A stretch of 64,000 nucleotides of DNA, taken from contig CM075992.1 of NCBI GenBank assembly GCA_038087875.1, forward strand, positions 374,001-438,000, given 5' to 3'. Below are positions 61,833-64,000 of this stretch, piece after piece (position 1 is the stretch's first letter; each line of letters opens with the position of its first letter). The notes beneath the pieces are model-generated. The model was not told the origin of the DNA. It made no database searches and saw only the letters and a program-made list of their open reading frames with translations. The stretch comes from Malacoraja senta (Eukaryota). The position numbers were made by a program, and so were the translations under genes.

Positions 61833-63364
61833 ATAGATACATAGAAAATAGGTGGAGTAGGCCATTCGGCCCTTCGAGCCTGCACCGCCATTCAATATGA
61901 TCATCCAACTCAGTATCCCGTACCTGCCTTCTCTCCATACCCCCTGATCCCTTTAGCCACAAGGGCCACATCTAACTCCCTCTTAAATATAGCCAATGAA
62001 CTGGCCTCAACTACCCTCTGTGGCAGAGAGTTCCAGAGATTCACCACTCTCTGTGTGAAAAAGTTTTTTCTCATCTCGGTCTTAAAGGATTTCCCCCTTA
62101 TCCTTAATCTGTGACCCCTTGTCCTGGACTTCCCCAACATCGGGAACAATTTTCCTGCATCTAGCCTGTCCAACCCCATAAGAATTTTGTAAGTTTCTAT
62201 AAGATCCCCTCTTAATCTCCTAAATTCTAGCCAGTATAAGCCAAGTCTATCCAGTCTTTCTTCATATGAAAGTCCTGACATCCCAGGAATCAGTCTGGTG
62301 AACCTTCTCTGCACTCCCTCTCTGGCTATAATGTCCTTCCTCAGATTTGGAGACCAAAACTGTATGCAATACTCCAGGTGTGGTCTCACCAAGACCCTGT
62401 ACAACTGCAGTAGAACCTCCCTGCTCCTATACTCAAATCCTTTTGCTATGAAAGCTAACATACCATTCGCTTTCTTCACTGCCTGCTGCACCTGCATGCC
62501 TACTTTCAATGACTGGTGTACCATGACACCCAGGTCTCGCTGCATCTCCCCTTTTCCTAATCGGCCACCATTTAGATAATAGTCTGCTTTCCTGTTTTTG
62601 CCACCTAAGTGGATAACCTCACATTTATCCACATTATACTGCATCTGCCAAACATTTGCCCACTCACCCAACCTATCCAAGTCACCTTGCAGTCTCCTAG
62701 CATCCTCCTCACAGCTAACACTGCCCCCCAGCTTAGTGTCATCCGCAAACTTGGAGATGTTGCTTTCAATTCCCTCGTCCAGATCATTAATATAAATTGT
62801 AAATAGCTGGGGTCCCAGCACTGAGCCTTGCGGTACCCCACTAGTCACTGCCTGCCATTGTGAAAGGACCCGTTTACTCCTACTCTTTGCTTCCTGTTTG
62901 CCAGCCAGTTCTCTATCCACATCAATACTGAACCCCCAATACCGTGTGCTTTAAGTTTGTATACTAATCTCTTATGTGGTACCTTGTCGAAAGCCTTCTG
63001 AAAGTCCAGATACAACACATCCACTGGTTCTCCCCTATCCACTCTACTAGTTACATCCTCGAAAAATTCTATAAGATTCATCAGACACGATTTACCTTTC
63101 GTAAATCCATGCTGATTTTGTCCAATGATTTCACCACTTTCCAAATGTGCTGCTATCCCATCTTTAATAACTGACTCTAGCAGTTTCCCCACTACCGATG
63201 TTAGACTAACTGGTCTGTAAATCCCCGTTTTCTCTCTCCCTCCCTTCTTAAAAAGTGGGGTTACATTAGCTACCCTCCAATCCTCAGGAACTACTCCAGA
63301 ATCTAAAGAGTTTTGAAAAATTATCACTAATGCATCCACTATTTCTGGAGCTACTTCCTTAAGA
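61833..63364 (-). mobile_element. Young 5'-truncated CR1 LINE, same subfamily, one frameshift
   Basis: ORFs 62845-63339 and 61910-62920 are separated by a single-T loss near 62862 relative to the copy at ~60117. Confidence 0.95.
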
Positions 63365-63439
63365 CTGGAGAATGGCAGAATAGACTTGATGGGCCGAATG
63401 GCCTAATTCGGCCCCTATGATTAAAACAAATATCCCTGC

Positions 63440-63730
63440 ACTGCCCGGCCTCTTGTAGCCGCTGCTCCCGGTGCCGCTCGGGCCTCCAGTCTCCAGTCTC
63501 CAGTCTCCAGTCTCCAGTCTCCAGTCTCCAGTCTGCAGTCTCCCGCTACCGGCGATGATGCCCCACTACCTGAGCCCAGGCCTTCTCTCCGCCGCCTGCC
63601 TGGGCCGGGGGGCGGGACATCGGTCGCCATGGCAACGGCCAATCCCGCGGCGTCGGCGGCGCTGAGTGACGGGGCCCAGGGCCAATGGCAGCGCGCGTGG
63701 CGGGGGCGGGCGGCCCGGAGACAAGATGGG
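63440..63730. promoter_or_regulatory. CpG-island promoter with RFX X-box, CCAAT and GC boxes
   Basis: GTCGCCATGGCAAC at 63623-63636 fits GTNRCC-N2-RGYAAC; CCAAT at ~63639 and ~63682; GC boxes ~63608 and ~63700. Confidence 0.65.
63484..63543. repeat. 7-bp tandem repeat (CTCCAGT)n
   Basis: About 8 units. Confidence 0.9.
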
Positions 63731-63943
63731 GGGCGTGAGGCTGGAGATCGCGCGGGTAGGAGAGGGGAAAGGTGGGGAAGGGAGAAGAGAGGGGGGAGAG
63801 GGGAGATGGGAGATGGCAGGGGTAACGTGCGGCGGGGAAAGGGGTGAGAGAGAGTATAAAGGGGGTAACGCGGGGTGGGGGGGACGAGGGGAAAACCCCC
63901 GAGGCCTGAGGGGTGGATGAGAGCCTCACGGGAAGCTGCAGGA

Positions 63944-64000
63944 GGGTCACTCACACTGGGCCAGGAGTCACTCACACTGGGCCAGGTGTCACTCACACTG
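63944..64000. repeat. ~21-22-bp tandem repeat (GTCACTCACACTGGGCCAGG..) running off the window
   Basis: Three units visible. Confidence 0.8.

Overview
Vertebrate nuclear DNA, most likely a cartilaginous fish (skate/ray-like). This is inferred from HE1-type V-SINEs and abundant CR1, RTE and Penelope-derived repeats. The only clearly recognisable host gene is the AP-1 adaptor mu subunit, best matching the epithelial paralogue ap1m2 (mu1B), on the + strand. Exons 1-9 lie at 23914-32701, intron 2 is U12-type, exons 4-6 carry several 1-bp insertions that look like sequencing errors, and exons 10-12 are absent after a 200-N gap (33467-33666). The gene region is bracketed by a very large inverted segmental duplication (about 1-19720 versus 33667-51660). 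Its core is a tandemly repeated ~5.3-kb composite unit of nested transposons: CR1, a Harbinger-like TIR element, a V-SINE piece, telomere-like repeats and C/G-rich tracts. One unit in each arm carries a Helitron-ended insert with a 17-bp minisatellite. Other items: an orphan TATA/CCAAT promoter facing away from ap1m2, hammerhead-like motifs in Penelope-derived fragments, a young tail-to-tail CR1 pair, candidate orphan terminal exons at 52.8/54.6 kb, and a CpG-rich promoter with a perfect RFX X-box at 63.6 kb. Repeat boundaries were read by eye and are approximate.
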